A stretch of 64,000 bases of DNA from an uncultured delta proteobacterium (GCA_963785235.1 CAWAUM010000001.1:160001-224000); one strand, 5' to 3'; counted from the stretch's first letter, positions 32,406 through 43,910 are shown. Translations and numbers: made by a program. The notes: generated by a model not told the origin, from the letters alone.

Positions 32406-33748
32406 TGGAACTCTTTCTTTTAATATTTTATCTCATTGTGTGGCTTGGACTCACTCAGAAAAGAAAAAGCATGGAAGGGTATTTCTCTGTGTTTTTTGTT
32501 TTTGGCCTCGCTGGGTTTGCATACTTTACTCTTATTCCATTTGAAATGTATTTGAAAGGGGAAGACTACTTTTTTGTCAATAGTTGGATTAAGTTGGGAT
32601 CTGTTGAAAGGAACCTAATACTGTTTCTTAAGTATTATTTCATTATTTGGTTTTTATTTTGGGTTGAAGTTATCAAAATATCGATTATTCTCAGTTAATA
32701 TGGTTGTGATGGGTACTGATGATAGACCCGATAGAACATTTTTCTTACGGACCCTTGTTTTTCTATTGTGTGTTGTGTTCATATGTTTTTCCGCGTTGAT
32801 TCTTTTTTATCGAGATATTTTCGCCGCACAGTATGACTATACAACAGCATACAGTTTAACATACAAATCCCCATTATACAGTTTATTAAAGATGCATTTA
32901 TTGATAGCCCTCGCTCTCATTGCAGGAATTATTATGCGCACGGGATATGGTTGGAAGGGCAAGTTAATTTTCATAGTAATCGTAATTTCCATTCTGTCGG
33001 TTGGAATCTTGACGGCAGATAAAGACCCCCTCTTGTTGGCATTGCTTACATGTTGTTGTTTTTTAATTTCGAGAAAATATCATTGAAAAGATTTGTTACT
33101 TTGACACTGATAGGATCGATTATTGTTATTATTTTAGTTCCACTCTTTAACCTATATAGAACCCGAATGCCCTTTGTGGATGTTATCGATAGAATGTCAT
33201 TGAGTTCAATTTCATTTACCCGGCTTGACCCGGCAGGGCCTATGCATTCTCTTGCAAGTATAATAGGGGATGATTCACTCCAATTGAAATATGGCTCAAC
33301 ATATATAAATTCATTGGGTGTTCTGATTCCCAAAGTTATATGGCCTGATAGACCATTGGATTTATCAGAAGAGTTTGCAAAGGAATATATTAGTGACTGG
33401 AGTGAAGGTCAAGGTTTTGGATATTCTCCCTTAGCAGAAGCATATGTGAATTTCAGTATTCCTGGTGCACTTATTCAATTTTTTTTCTTTGGTTTGCTAA
33501 TAGGAAGCTTTCTCCAATTTCTTAGAACGAGAGTTTTATTCAATTACGAATTCCTTCTTGTCCCCTTTATTTATATTGTGGGCTATTATACCGTGATATT
33601 AAGCTTCCGATCCCCGTTGATCGGTCCTATCAAAATGGTGATGATGTTTACGGGGCCGTATTTTTTATTAGCTATCATACTGAAAACTCTTGGTAAAATG
33701 ATGCAAGTCATCAAAAGATTACATAGTAATATGGCACTCAACACTTGA
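32405..33748 (+). CDS. Wzy-type O-antigen polymerase; frameshifts near 32630 and 33055
   Basis: Multi-TM; YGSTY......IPK.IWPDRP, GFGYSPLAEAYVNF periplasmic-loop motif. Confidence 0.7.
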
Positions 33749-33895
33749 CATATAAAGGAATCAGTTATTGTTCGCACGATCTATTGAAGAATACACTTGC
33801 AATAACAAAGTAAACCTTTAGTTTTATGCAAAATATATCTTCTGCCAGGCTTCTGAATTCATCTTGTAGGCATTAGGTCATAATGAGTAAGAATA

Positions 33896-34880
33896 ATGCG
33901 GGTACTTTGGACACATAATTTTGACCCAACTGTAAAGAATAGCGGAAGCTTTATGCATCTATGTGCCGAGGGTGTGCGCGAACTCGGGGTTGATCTAAAA
34001 TTATGTTACCTTGGTAACCTTGGCTCAATAAGGAATATACTTCGCGCTCGGGATTACGTTAGAAGATTAGCATGTGAATTCGACATTGTTCATGCCCAGT
34101 TTGGATCGGCTTGTGCTTTTGCAACGGCAGGGGCTACGAACATACCAAAAGTACTTTCCTTGTGTGGATCGGATTGGTACCGTTACAAAGAGACGTTATG
34201 TTACCAAGCGATACATGGGCTTATTTCAACAGCAATGACGAGGCTGGTAATCCGCAATTATGACACAATTATTACTATGTCTCATCGCATGGAAAAAGAA
34301 GTTAAGGGAGTGTATCCTAATCTACATGTGCAAAGCTTCCCTAGCCCAGTCAGCCTTGAGGACTTTAAACCAATAAATAAACAGGATGCTAGGACAAAAT
34401 TAGGTTTTTCTAATGACGGGGGTAAATGGGTTCTTTTCACATCACTCTCACAGACAAACCCGATCAAGCGTGTTCCCTTGGCAATCGAGGCAGTAAAACG
34501 AGCAAATAATCATATGGGAGGTATTCGATTGCGTATTGCCTCTAACATAGCCCATGAAGTGATGCCTTTGTTTGTAGGCGCTTGTGATATGATTACTCTG
34601 CACTTCAGTATATGAGGGTTGGCCCAACGCAATTAAAGAGGCTCTTGCGTGTAACTTGCCATTCGTGTCTACCGATGTTAGTGACTTGAGGGATATTGCT
34701 TATCAGGAACCTTCTTGCCATATTTGTCCTCCAGAACCAAATATATTAGCTGATAGTATCTGCCGCACATTATCTGAATCCAACACAAATAATCTTCGTC
34801 GACATGTACTTGACATGGATTTACGAAAAGTTAGCCAGAGACATATTGATTTGTATCAGGAACTGGTTTTTAAAAATTGA
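33896..34880 (+). CDS. GT4 glycosyltransferase; frameshift near 34594
   Basis: DIVHAQFG, GSD, KR..LA, restored LCTSVYEGWPNAIKEALACNLPFVSTDV (EX7E). Confidence 0.8.
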
Positions 34881-34887
34881 TCTAATA

Positions 34888-35037
34888 TCACTACTGTCCC
34901 AATGTTAATCGATTTGAAATATATTTCTGGAAAAGGCCATACTCCTGCATGATTGTAGATGTAGATGCCTAGCAGATTCTGGACACACAGTGTTCTCTCA
35001 GAATGACGCTATTAAGTGAACGTTGGGACAGTAATGA
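34888..35037. mobile_element. 150-bp MITE-like element (non-autonomous IS derivative)
   Basis: Terminal IR TCACTACTGTCCCAATGTT vs revcomp TCATTACTGTCCCAACGTT (17/19); flanked by direct repeat TCTAATA at 34881-34887 and 35038-35044. Confidence 0.75.
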
Positions 35038-35290
35038 TCTAATAAGAGGAATATCAGATAATCGAATGCAACATTCTATAAAATATGTGCCTTTTGTACA
35101 TAATTTAAATAAATGTTATACTGATATCCTCAACCTTGATTTTTCCTCCACAATAAATCGGATCAACAGCATTCCTAATCTATATCAATGATACAATGGA
35201 TCAACAAAAGTAAGGTACGATGCTCATATCTTCTTTATCCTTTGCGCTGAAACTCACTGATAAATCCTTAAAAGGAAACTTATACAGAAA

Positions 35291-36517
35291 ATGAATATCT
35301 GGTTTTTTTCCGCCTATGAACAACCAAAAGGCCACACATCAAGAACATATGACTATTCCCGTGAACTTATAAAACGCGGTCATCATGTCACAATATTCAC
35401 AAACAGCTATTTTCATAGGACCCATGAGGAGCTTTTAGGGACACACGAAAAATGGCGTGTCGAAGAGATAGACGGTGTTAGGGTTGTCTGGCTGCGAACC
35501 ATTCACTATACTGGGAACGGCTGGAGGCGCGGGATGAACATGCTCTCGTATGCGTGGCGCTCTATCCAGGTGGCCCGAGCCCTTACCGAAAAGCCGGATG
35601 TGGTTATAGGTGATTCTGTGCCGCCTAGTGCCGGTTGGGCAGCTTCAAAAATTGCAAGCGAAAAAGGCGCAGCTTTTGTTTATCAAGTGAGGGACGTTTG
35701 GCCCATTGCATTGGTTTACGATGGAGGCCTTTCTAAAAGAAGTCCGGTTTACTATGCATTTCGTTTGATTGAAAAGCACCTTTATCGCAAAGCCCAGCGC
35801 ATTTGTGCAACTATGCCATTTCTCCAGGAACATGTATCTGAGAGCGGCAGCAATCCGGAGAAAGTTGCGTGTATTCCAAATGGAGTAAATCTTGAGCCTT
35901 ACACTGGTCTTGATGGGTATGACGGTGGTGAAGAGCTTCCACTCATCGCGATGTATGTCGGCGCATATGGTTTTGCCCATGATGTGATAACCATAGTACG
36001 GGCGGCAACGATCCTTCAACAGAATGGAAATAACAAGTATCGTTTTGTGATCGTAGGCGATGGTGTGAAGCGGCCTGAATGTGAAATGGAAGCATCATTC
36101 AATAAATTATCGAATATTGAGTTTCGTGATCCAGTGCCAAAATCAGATGTGCCTCGACTTCAAATGGAGGCAGATATTTTCATTGCATGTGTTCTCGATT
36201 CGAAAGCATATAGCTTTGGTATTAATCTTAACAAGTTGTATGACTATTTTGCATCAGGAAGGCCGGTTATCTTTTCTGGTAATGCACCCAATGACCCTGT
36301 TGCTGCTTCTGGAGCCGGGTTCAGTGTTCCCCCTGAAAACCCCGATGAAATGGTCGGGGCATTACTGAGATATCTGGAGATGAGTAAAGCACAGCGGATT
36401 GAGATGGGGAAACTTGCCCGCCGATATGCTGAAAGTGAATTCGATGTAAGGAAGCTTGCTGATCGTATGGAGCAGTTATTCTTGCAGGCAATCAAAGACA
36501 AAGACCGGGATTCATGA
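35291..36517 (+). CDS. GT4 glycosyltransferase (WbuB/WbpJ-like)
   Basis: R.YD.SREL.KRGH.VT, VRDVWP, IPNGV, NKLYDYFASGRPVI. Confidence 0.88.
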   Translation: MNIWFFSAYEQPKGHTSRTYDYSRELIKRGHHVTIFTNSYFHRTHEELLGTHEKWRVEEIDGVRVVWLRTIHYTGNGWRRGMNMLSYAWRSIQVARALTEKPDVVIGDSVPPSAGWAASKIASEKGAAFVYQVRDVWPIALVYDGGLSKRSPVYYAFRLIEKHLYRKAQRICATMPFLQEHVSESGSNPEKVACIPNGVNLEPYTGLDGYDGGEELPLIAMYVGAYGFAHDVITIVRAATILQQNGNNKYRFVIVGDGVKRPECEMEASFNKLSNIEFRDPVPKSDVPRLQMEADIFIACVLDSKAYSFGINLNKLYDYFASGRPVIFSGNAPNDPVAASGAGFSVPPENPDEMVGALLRYLEMSKAQRIEMGKLARRYAESEFDVRKLADRMEQLFLQAIKDKDRDS

Positions 36518-36540
36518 ATGCATATAAGCGTAAGAGAAAG

Positions 36541-37099
36541 ATGAATAACTCTGAGGCAAAAATATTTGTATTTGATATATAAAATATTGAATGACAGGGT
36601 TCCACCTACCTTGTCTGGCGTAAGATCAGACGTTACCATTTTAAAGCCTACTATAAGCAATGTATTAAAATTTGCCCAAAGCTATCATCCTTTTATAGCA
36701 TGGTGGTTTTTTCACCATAGTGGTGTGTTCTACAATAAATATTTTGTTATGGTGGTTCTTTTGGATAAGAATCAAATAGTTCACAGGACGTGCGTGTTTC
36801 CCGGCTTCTATAAATTTCCCTTCATGGACAAGGAAGATCTTCAGTTGGGAGAAATATGGACAAGAGAAGATTACAGAAACAAGGGAATAGCCACAAATGT
36901 TATAAAATATATATTGAATTTGGATCAGTATAAAAACAAGACATTCTGGTATGTGGTCGAGGAAAGTAGCTCTGAGTCAGTTAGCTTGGCTGAAAGTTCA
37001 GGTTTTTATGCCTGTTATACAGCACACAAGAAAAACAAGATGGGCATGTCGTTCATCGGAAAATATGAAATATCAACAAAGCCTGAATTCAAATCGTAA
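36541..37099 (+). CDS. GNAT family N-acetyltransferase; start uncertain (ATG 36541 needs one indel in A5 run; ORF track uses TTG 36566)
   Basis: IWTREDYRNKGIA acetyl-CoA motif A, S..LAESSGF. Confidence 0.7.
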
Positions 37100-37132
37100 A
37101 CAGGGAATTCACTTGAATATTGAGTTGCAGTC

Positions 37133-37726
37133 TTGATCAAGAGGACGGTTGATATCCTTTGCTGTGTTGTAGGTCTGATAGTGTTTGGGCCGGCTTTACT
37201 TTTGTTTGCCAGGAGCATAAAACGCGAAGACCATGGCCCGGTTTTCTACCGGGGTGAGCGCATAGGGCTCCACGGCAAGCCCTTTCGAATCTTCAAGTTC
37301 CGGACCATGGTGGTGGATGCAGAAAAGTTGGGGGCCTCATCCACTTCGGATGACGATGAACGAATTACGAAAATTGGCAGATTTCTTCGACGATACAAAC
37401 TTGACGAGCTCCCGCAGCTCATTAATGTATTAATAGGCGACATGAGCCTGGTTGGTCCCCGGCCCGAGGTGAAGAAGTTCACTGACCTCTATACGGACGA
37501 AGAGAAGATGATCCTTACGATCCGGCCCGGCATCACCGACTGGGCCTCCATCTGGAATCCGGATGAAGGGGCCATACTGGCAGGCAGCACGGACCCTGAC
37601 CGGGACTACCTTGAAAAGATCCGGCCGGAAAAGATTAGGCTTCAGTTGAAATATGTTCGGGAACGGTCTTTCTGGACGGATCTCAGGATCATAATCCTGA
37701 CTCTGAAGACCATTTTGATCAAGTAA
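37133..37726 (+). CDS. Small phosphoglycosyl transferase (bacterial sugar transferase), second copy
   Basis: IKR.VD, KFRTM, KLDELPQL, GDMSLVGPRPE, PGITD.ASI. Confidence 0.92.
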   Translation: MIKRTVDILCCVVGLIVFGPALLLFARSIKREDHGPVFYRGERIGLHGKPFRIFKFRTMVVDAEKLGASSTSDDDERITKIGRFLRRYKLDELPQLINVLIGDMSLVGPRPEVKKFTDLYTDEEKMILTIRPGITDWASIWNPDEGAILAGSTDPDRDYLEKIRPEKIRLQLKYVRERSFWTDLRIIILTLKTILIK

Positions 37727-37753
37727 CGGCAGCAGTGGATATGGGAGGATAGT

Positions 37754-38733
37754 ATGGGAGACTCCGTTGCATCTTTAGTTACCCTGTTCAGGATGATGGT
37801 TCGGATACGCTGCTTTGAGGAGGATCTGGTGGAGTCTATTCTGAGTGGAGATATCCACACTCCCTGCCATCTCTGCAGCGGCCAGGAGGCTGTTGCCGTG
37901 GGTCTCTGCACAGCCCTTCTCAAAAGTGATTATATTTTCGGGACCCATCGCTCCCATGGTCATTTCCTGGCAAAGGGGGGCTCCATGAAAGCGCTGGCAG
38001 CGGAGGTCTATTGCCGGGAAGCTGGCTGCTCCCGGGGCCGCGGGGGCTCCATGCACCTCATTGATCCGGATTCGGGCATGATGGGTTCGGCGCCCATCGT
38101 AGCCGGCACCATCTCCCTGGCGGTGGGTGCGGCCCTGGCATCTTCCATCCGGAAAGACAACCGGGTGACCGTGAGTTTTTTCGGCGATGGCGCCACCGGC
38201 GAAGGTGTTCTGTACGAATCCCTGAACTTTGCCGCACTGAAAAAACTCCCGATCATCTTTGCCTGTGAGAACAATCTCTATGCGACCCACATGCCGATCA
38301 GGGAATGTCGTGTGAACCAGCCCATCAGTAAGATTGCAGAGCCATTGGGTATAAAGACATATTGTGTGGATGGAAACGATGTGCTGCAGGTTTATGATGC
38401 AGGGTTGCAGGCAGTGGAAACCTGCCGTAGTGGTGAAGGGCCGGTGTTTATGGAGTTCATGACCTATCGCCTCCGGGGCCATGTGGGGCCAGATGACAAT
38501 ATCCAGGGGTTCCACACGGACATCAGGCCAAAGGATGAAATCGCCATGTGGCAGCAGAAGGACCCCATCATGAAATTTGGAGCAAGATCTGATAGAGCGG
38601 GCGATTGATTGACGGGCAGGAGCTGCAGGTGATCAGGGACGAAGTGATAAAAGAAGTGGGGGAAGCCAGGGCATACGCAAAGAGAAGCCCGTATCCACAG
38701 GCAAAGGAGATGACGAGATATGTCTTCGCATAG
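37754..38733 (+). CDS. ThDP-dependent dehydrogenase E1 alpha-like subunit; indels near 38580 and 38600
   Basis: HLCSGQEA, THRSHGH, GRGGSMH, GDGA...ENN ThDP motif, TYRLRGH; restored end SPYPQAKEMTRYVFA*. Confidence 0.88.
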
Positions 38734-39729
38734 AACATTACCCTACAGCCTGGCAATCAACGAGGCCCTCCACCAGATGATGGATATCGACCCTTCCGTC
38801 TTTCTCATGGGGCAGGGGGTGAAAAGTCCCTGGTATATATCCAATACGGCCAAGGGTCTCCTGGAAAGGTTCGGTAGTGATCGGGTATCGACACACCCGT
38901 TTCCGAAAATGGCGTCACCGGGGCGGCTGTGGGGGCGGCCATCGCCGGCATGAGACCCATTGTGGTTCACCCCCGGATGGATTTCATGCTGTATGCCTTG
39001 GACCCCATCATCAACCAGGCGGCAAACTGGTTCTACATGAACGGCGGTCGCGCCAATGTTCCGGTGGTATTCTGGGGCATTATCAACAGGCGGGGCGAAC
39101 AGGCGGCCCAGCACTCCCAGGCCATTCACGGAATCTTTGCCCATGTTCCAGGCCTCAAGGTGGTCATGCCTGCCACGGCTTATGACGCCAAAGGACTGAT
39201 GATCGCTGCCATCGAAGATCCCAACCCGGTGGTGTTCATGGATGAACGAATGCTGTATCACAAAGAGGACCAGGTTCCCGAAGAGATATATCGCGTGGAG
39301 ATCGGAAAGGGGTGCATCCGCAGGCAGGGCAGCGACGTGACCATCGTGGCGGTTTCCCTCATGGTTCACGAGGCCATGCAGGCGGCTGATGAGCTTGCCG
39401 CCAAGGGAGTGGATGCCGAGGTCATCGATCTGAGGACCGTCAAACCCCTTGACCAGGAACTGATAATTGACTCGGTGAAGAAGACAGGCAGGCTGGTGAT
39501 TGCAGATGTGGGATGGCAATCCTTCGGTGTTTCAGCGGAAATTGCTGCCCTGGTTTCGGAGAAGGCCTTTGGTGCCTTGAAGGAACCCATAGTGCGTGTT
39601 GCCCTGCCCGACTGCCCGGCGCCTGCCAGCAGGGCTCTGGAAGATATGTACTATCCAACTGCATATGACATCGTACAAGCAGTTCAACAGATTGGACAAG
39701 GACTTGGGAGATTATGGCATATAAGGTGA
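38720..39729 (+). CDS. ThDP-dependent dehydrogenase E1 beta / transketolase C-terminal-like subunit; frameshift near 38886
   Basis: AINEAL, RV|IDTPVSEN, GAAIAGMRP, QHSQ, PGLKVV.P, EVIDLRT.KPLD, SVKKTGRL. Confidence 0.88.
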
Positions 39730-40834
39730 AGTTTGTTGAGCCGGCAAAATTGTACCGGATGATCAAGGATGAGCTCGATGCCGCCTACTTCGAGGTGATG
39801 GCAAAGGGCGACCTCATCGACCGGGCACAGTTGCGCAGGTTCGAAAAGAACCTGGCCGATTTCGTGGGCACAAAATATGCCGTGGGGCTGAACAGCGGTT
39901 ATGATGCCCTGCACATGTCCCTGCGGGCGGCCGGGATCGGCCGGGGGATGAGGTGATCGTGCCGGCCCACACCTTTGTGGCCACCTGCTCGGCCGTGGTG
40001 AACGTGGGGGCCACGCCGGTGCTGGTGGATGTGGGCAAGGATTTCAACATCGATGTGCGACAAGATCGAGGCGGCGATCACCCCGCGGACGCAGGGGATC
40101 ATCCCCGTGCATTTGAGCGGCTACATGGCCGACATGGTCCGGGTCATGGAGATCGCCGGCAGAGTATAAGCTCGTCGTCGTGGAAGACGCCTGCCAGAGC
40201 CTCGGATCAAGCATGCTTGACCCCCGGACAGGGAACAAAAAAATGGCCGGGTCATGGGGACTGACAGGCTGCTGGAGCTTCTATCCCTTCAAGATCCTGG
40301 GCGGATACGGCGACGGCGGGGCGATCACCACCAATGATCCGGACGTGGCCCTCTTTGCCACGCGCATGCGCTACAACGGCGAAGACCGGGAAACCGGGGA
40401 ATACCACGGCCACGGCTTCACCTGCCTGCTGGACAACCTGCAGGCGGCATTTCTCGATGTAAAGCTCGCGGTACCTTCCCCAGTGGATCATCCGGCGCAA
40501 AGCGATTGCAGAGCGATACCGAACAGCGCTTTCCGACCTGCCGGATCTCCTGCTGCCCCACTACGACGACCCGCGCCGCGACCATGTCTACCAGAATTAC
40601 ACGGTCCGCTCAAAACAGGGGAACGAATTCTCGGAATTCTGAAGGCAATGGCGTGGAGGTACTGACCCAGTTCCGGAAGCCTTACTACCGGCACCAGGCC
40701 TTGAAGCTTGAGGACGAGGTTCCCCGAAACGGAGGCTTGAGCCGGGAGGTATGTTCACTGCCTATGAATGTGGAGATTGATGAGACGGAAGTGGATATGT
40801 GATTGAGACGGTAAGGAAGTTTTACGGAAAATGA
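39714..40834 (+). pseudogene. Second DegT/DnrJ/EryC1/StrS aminotransferase split by several indels, likely sequencing errors
   Basis: [51 protein letters not shown] pieces in order across frames. Confidence 0.8.
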
Positions 40835-40876
40835 CCCCAGTACGAAAGGATTTCGAAACAACCATGACCTAGGCCA

Positions 40877-42019
40877 TTGAGTGAGCGTCATCAGTGGGTC
40901 TTGCAGTCGGAGATCCGGAACATGTCCATCGAGTGCGAACGCATGGGCGGGGTGAACCTCTCCCAGGGCGTGTGCGATACCCAGACGCCGCCTGTTGTGC
41001 TCCAAGGCGCCAGGGAGGCCATGGATCAGGGCATAAACACCTACACCCACTACGCCGGTTTGATGGAGCTCCGTCAGGCCATTGCCGGCAAGCAGAAGCG
41101 TTTCACCGGCATGGACGTCGATCCGGAAAGCGAGATCATTGTCAGCGCGGGTTCCACGGGTGCGTTTTACTGCACCTGCCTGGCACTGCTGAATCCCGGT
41201 GACGAGGTGATCCTCTTCGAGCCGTACTATGGCTACCATGTCAATACACTGGTGGCCACCGGGGCGGTTCCCCTGTATGTGCGGATGCAGCCGCCTGAGT
41301 GGTCATTCTCCCTGGAGGAGCTCGAGCGGGTGGTCACGCCCCGGACAAGGGGAATCATGGTCAATTCACCGGCCAACCCATCCGGAAAGGTCTTTTCGCG
41401 CAGTGAGCTTGAACTGGTTGCCGACTTTGCCGTAAGGCACGATCTGTTTGTGTTTACCGATGAGATCTACGAACATTTTCTCTACGATGACAACGTGCAC
41501 ATCCCGCCCATGACCCTGCCGGGCATGCGGGAGAGGACCATCACCATCTCCGGCGTTTCCAAGACCTTCAGCATCACGGGCTGGCGGGTGGGGTATTGCA
41601 TCTGCGATGCCCGCTGGAGCCAGACCATCGGGCATTTCAATGATCTGGTCTATGTCTGCGCACCTGCACCGCTGCAGATGGGGGTGGCCAGAGGGCTCAA
41701 CGAACTTCAGGCGGATTATTACCAGGATCTGGAGCAGGAATACCGGGGCAAGCGTGAAAAGATATGCACGGCCCTGGCCCGGGCCGGGCTGACACCCATC
41801 GTGCCAGGGGGGGCCTACTATGTGCTGGCAGATATATCGAGACTGCCGGGAATAAACAGCAAGGAAAAGGCCATGTATCTGCTGCACAAGACCGGTGTGG
41901 CATGTGTTCCGGGAAAGGCCTTCTACCATGATGACTCGGGGGAAGGACTTGCCCGGTTCTGTTTTGCAAAAGAAGACCCCATCCTGGATCAGGCATGCCG
42001 CAGCCTTGAAAGCCTGTAG
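40877..42019 (+). CDS. PLP-dependent class I/II aminotransferase (start may lie slightly upstream)
   Basis: NLSQG, NSPANPSGKV, DEIYEH, SKTFSITGWRVG, RFCFAK. Confidence 0.9.
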   Translation: MSERHQWVLQSEIRNMSIECERMGGVNLSQGVCDTQTPPVVLQGAREAMDQGINTYTHYAGLMELRQAIAGKQKRFTGMDVDPESEIIVSAGSTGAFYCTCLALLNPGDEVILFEPYYGYHVNTLVATGAVPLYVRMQPPEWSFSLEELERVVTPRTRGIMVNSPANPSGKVFSRSELELVADFAVRHDLFVFTDEIYEHFLYDDNVHIPPMTLPGMRERTITISGVSKTFSITGWRVGYCICDARWSQTIGHFNDLVYVCAPAPLQMGVARGLNELQADYYQDLEQEYRGKREKICTALARAGLTPIVPGGAYYVLADISRLPGINSKEKAMYLLHKTGVACVPGKAFYHDDSGEGLARFCFAKEDPILDQACRSLESL

Positions 42020-42083
42020 AGAATAAACAGAGCAGGGGTGGTTTTCGCAATGCAAAGGTCACAAACTTTTGATAGATATCTTG

Positions 42084-42112
42084 TTGCATGATTTGCAATA
42101 AGAGTGCATATT
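42084..42112 (+). promoter_or_regulatory. Candidate sigma-70 promoter with overlapping palindrome, leaderless start
   Basis: TTGCAT-N17-CATATT ending 6 nt before ATG 42119; perfect TTGCA-N5-TGCAA at 42084-42098. Confidence 0.45.
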
Positions 42113-42118
42113 ATCTGC

Positions 42119-43288
42119 ATGTGGATAGATAGGCATTCAGAAGTCTTGCTTAGGCGCATGGCGGATCAATTTCCTGCCGTGCTGGTCACCGGGGCCAGGC
42201 AGGCCGGGAAGACATCGATATTGCGCCATTTGTATCCGCATGCCTCATACCTCAGCCTTGATCTTCCGGCCAATGCCGAAGCCGCACAAACGGCTCCGGT
42301 GCAGTTTCTTGAAAAATATCCGGAACCGGTGATTATCGATGAAATTCAGTATGCCCCCACTTTGCTGCGACATCTGAAATACCGGATAGACAAAGATCGC
42401 TCCCCTGGGCGATATCTTTTGACCGGATCACAGGTTTTTCCGCTTATGCAGGGCGTTTCCGAAAGCCTCGCCGGCAGATGTGCGGTTTTGAACCTGCATA
42501 CCCTGTCCAGAGCTGAATTGCTTGATGCCAATCGCCCCATAGAAGAGACTTCCTATATTTTTCTTGGCGGATATCCGGAGTTGTATGCCGGTGTTGATGC
42601 GGATTTATGGTTTCCTGCCTATGTGGCCACCTACCTGGAACGGGATGTGCGTAACATTCTTCGGGTTGTGGATCTGCAGGACTTTAATCGATTCATTCGC
42701 GCCTGTGCGCTCAGGTCATCGCAGGTTCTCAACTATTCCGATCTTGCTAGGGATACCGGGATTGCGCCAAACACCGCCCGTAAATGGCTGAGTCTTTTGC
42801 AAACCTCAGCCGTTATTGCCCTGATTGAACCTTATTTTGGAAATCGGACCAAGCGATTGATCAAAGCACCGAAGCTGATTTTTTTGGACACCGGCCTGGC
42901 GGCCTTCCTCGCCGGGTTTCGTTCTGAGAAGGATTTATTCGCGTCATCTCTTGCAGGGGCTTTCTATGAGTCATATGTTTTCGGACAAATACTAAGACAG
43001 GCATCGTCAAAGGGGAATCCCACACCCATCAACTACTGGCGTACCGCCAATGGTCCAGAGGTCGATATGGTCATTGAGCAAGCCGGGGGGTTGGTCGTGG
43101 CTATTGAATGTAAATTGAAGGAGCACCCGGATTCTGCGGATGCCGCCGGCCTTAGGTCTCTGGCAGAAGCAGAAAAGGGCCGCATCAAAGAAAAGTTTGT
43201 AGTATGTCGAACGAAAGTCACTTACAAACTCCCCGATGGGATATGGGTTATGAATCTCCCTGAATTGCTGAAAAATATATCCTTTTGA
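42119..43288 (+). CDS. AAA_14 ATPase with DUF4143 and C-terminal PD-(D/E)XK-like segment
   Basis: GARQAGKT Walker A, IIDEIQ Walker B, LTGS, SESLAGR, GGYPE, YLERD, KAPKLIFLDTG, EVDMV...IECK. Confidence 0.88.
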   Translation: MWIDRHSEVLLRRMADQFPAVLVTGARQAGKTSILRHLYPHASYLSLDLPANAEAAQTAPVQFLEKYPEPVIIDEIQYAPTLLRHLKYRIDKDRSPGRYLLTGSQVFPLMQGVSESLAGRCAVLNLHTLSRAELLDANRPIEETSYIFLGGYPELYAGVDADLWFPAYVATYLERDVRNILRVVDLQDFNRFIRACALRSSQVLNYSDLARDTGIAPNTARKWLSLLQTSAVIALIEPYFGNRTKRLIKAPKLIFLDTGLAAFLAGFRSEKDLFASSLAGAFYESYVFGQILRQASSKGNPTPINYWRTANGPEVDMVIEQAGGLVVAIECKLKEHPDSADAAGLRSLAEAEKGRIKEKFVVCRTKVTYKLPDGIWVMNLPELLKNISF

Positions 43289-43583
43289 GCTAATTAAGAA
43301 ACGAAAAAAAGATGTCACCCCCTGGCCTGCTCTGCCATAGCAGCGTGAATGGCTGCGAAGGCATGACATGTTCAATGTGTGATCGACAAGCAGTATCTTC
43401 ATTATGAATCCTGAAAAAAATGACCTGGAATAGGGGTGCCCGTAATAGGTGTTGATTTTTTCAATACAAAGATTATTATGTACCCATTGAAGAAGGCACC
43501 TGAGACATTCCCTTAACAGCCGGTCGGGATGAGATAGGTTTAAGCATATATATTTACTCTTTTTTTATGAAGGAGCACGCGCG

Positions 43584-43910
43584 ATGAAGCTGTTCACAAA
43601 CTGGAAAACAGCATTGGTTACCCTGGTTGTTTTTGCTTTCAGCATGGTTTTTTTGCCCGGGTTTACTGCAACGGCCATGGCAGCGGATACCGCCGCTCCA
43701 AGTGATACCGGAGCGGGCGCGACAGACTCTGATAATGACGGGGCAGCGGGAGTTGCAGGTGCCGGTGAAGCAGGTGCTTCCGGAGGCGAAGCCACCTATG
43801 CCGGGCTCACAGCAGGTACAATAGCTGCCGGGGCAGTAGTGCTGGCGGCAGGAATAGCCATAATTGCTGCCTCAAACAGCGGGTCATCATCTTCAACCGC
43901 TCATCATTAA
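43584..43910 (+). CDS. Small secreted Gly/Ala-rich protein, GfcA/YjbE-like
   Basis: AAGGAG SD; signal peptide ending AMA-A; acidic G/A/D/T linker; hydrophobic TIAAGAVVLAAGIAIIAA; Ser-rich tail SNSGSSSSTAHH. Confidence 0.6.
   Translation: MKLFTNWKTALVTLVVFAFSMVFLPGFTATAMAADTAAPSDTGAGATDSDNDGAAGVAGAGEAGASGGEATYAGLTAGTIAAGAVVLAAGIAIIAASNSGSSSSTAHH

Noticed and set aside
35003-35191. 62-aa ORF in the intergenic gap
   Set aside because: Starts inside the MITE, spans its right end and has no motifs; probably spurious
43486-43570. Possible riboswitch in the leader of the small secreted-protein gene
   Set aside because: Only a weak hairpin; no recognisable aptamer consensus
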